Shown here: positions 63,326-64,000 of the stretch, one piece after another
Position numbering within the stretch: the stretch's first letter is position 1
Layout of the letters: each line of letters opens with the position of its first letter
Source of the DNA: a virus
Reading direction: 5' to 3' (one strand)
IMG/VR virus record: IMGVR_UViG_3300049830_000142
Coordinates: 1-64,000 of that record
DNA length: 64,000 nt
The notes under the pieces: generated by a model
The model's input: only the letters and a program-made list of their open reading frames with translations
What the model was told of the DNA's origin: nothing
Database searches by the model: none
Translations under genes and position numbers: made by a program

Positions 63326-64000
63326 ATGATAAAGTTCACCAGCAACAACGACTGGGTATTCAATTGTGAGAGCGTAGCAATACTGCGTGATTTCTCCCGT
63401 GACCTAGTTAAAAGGGCCAGTGCTAAGAATCTTGCGAACTACGAAAAAGATCCTAAGCAAGAGCACCTTCACATTATTGCTGTAGGAGCTTACGAAGGAA
63501 CTGGTTTCAACCGTAATGGTGACGCTTTCCTAGAAGAGGACTGCAAAAAGAACCATCACTATTTTTCTAAGAGTAACAGAGCTGTCCATCGCCACCACAA
63601 GAACAAGCCTAACGATCCTAAGTATGGTAATATCAAAGCTGCATCATACAACGATAAGATGCGCAGAATTGAGTTAGTTGTAGGATTGGACAAAGGCGCT
63701 TGCGCAGACATTTTACATGAGCAGGAGACGACTGGTAACACTAACTGGTCTATGGCTTCTAAGCAAGCCGAAGACATCTGTTCATGGTGTGGTCATCATG
63801 CCAAGACTGACAATGACCGTTGTAACCACTTGCCTACTAACATAGGTGAGTTGAATAAGAAGGGTGAGATGTGCGGTATGATCAATCCAGACCCTAGGTG
63901 GTTTGAGATTAGTTATGTGCGCAGACCTGCTGACAGAATTGGTATGAGCTTAGGAAAGGTAGCTTCTGAGATCACTTACAAGTCAGCCGCTTCTTATCTT
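63326..64000 (+). CDS. prohead (maturation) protease, truncated by the window edge (not in the ORF track)
   Basis: Open from ATG 63326 to the end of the window: NRNGDAF, HRHHKN, WSMAS, DICSWCG..CNH, NPDPRWFEISYVRRPAD, the HK97/herpes-fold His..Ser..FE.S.V..PAD pattern. Confidence 0.75.
   Translation, partial: MIKFTSNNDWVFNCESVAILRDFSRDLVKRASAKNLANYEKDPKQEHLHIIAVGAYEGTGFNRNGDAFLEEDCKKNHHYFSKSNRAVHRHHKNKPNDPKYGNIKAASYNDKMRRIELVVGLDKGACADILHEQETTGNTNWSMASKQAEDICSWCGHHAKTDNDRCNHLPTNIGELNKKGEMCGMINPDPRWFEISYVRRPADRIGMSLGKVASEITYKSAASYL

Noticed and set aside
1-64000. Alternative genetic code (TAG or TGA reassignment)
   Set aside because: Long conserved genes are intact in code 11, and TGA forms normal ATGA overlaps. 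Only one in-frame TGA case was found.

Overview
The window is a piece of a large dsDNA tailed-phage (jumbo-type) genome read in genetic code 11. It is not a bacterial chromosome: it is densely coding, has no rRNA, CRISPR array or housekeeping operons, and carries a terminase and a prohead protease. Left to right it contains: a Ycf46-like AAA ATPase/DUF3150/DUF1257 module; a terminase large subunit followed by a tRNA-like element with an aberrant anticodon arm; a Prs-NAMPT fusion (NARP1-like NAD+ reconstitution); a dNTP-supply cluster (thyA, DfrB-like SH3 protein, tmk, Nudix, class II RNR, dCMP deaminase, MazG-like); tail/structural genes; and many probable virion proteins that share a K-x-A/G signature. 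It also has three islands of small accessory ORFs, each preceded by a C-tract..GGTAT(A/G/T)AT promoter-like motif, six free-standing HNH nucleases, RNase H, a GIY-YIG/SF2 helicase fusion, a lysozyme and, at the right edge, a truncated prohead protease. The most striking feature is a bacterial-type two-barrel RNA polymerase cut into four intein-free genes spread over about 33 kb on both strands. One gene fuses the beta C-terminus to the beta' N-terminus, and the catalytic motif reads GADNDGD. Other leads are a candidate ~180-nt structured ncRNA, a candidate type II DHFR next to thyA, and widespread leaderless sigma70 promoters. All family calls come from motif recognition by eye; no database search or folding program was run.
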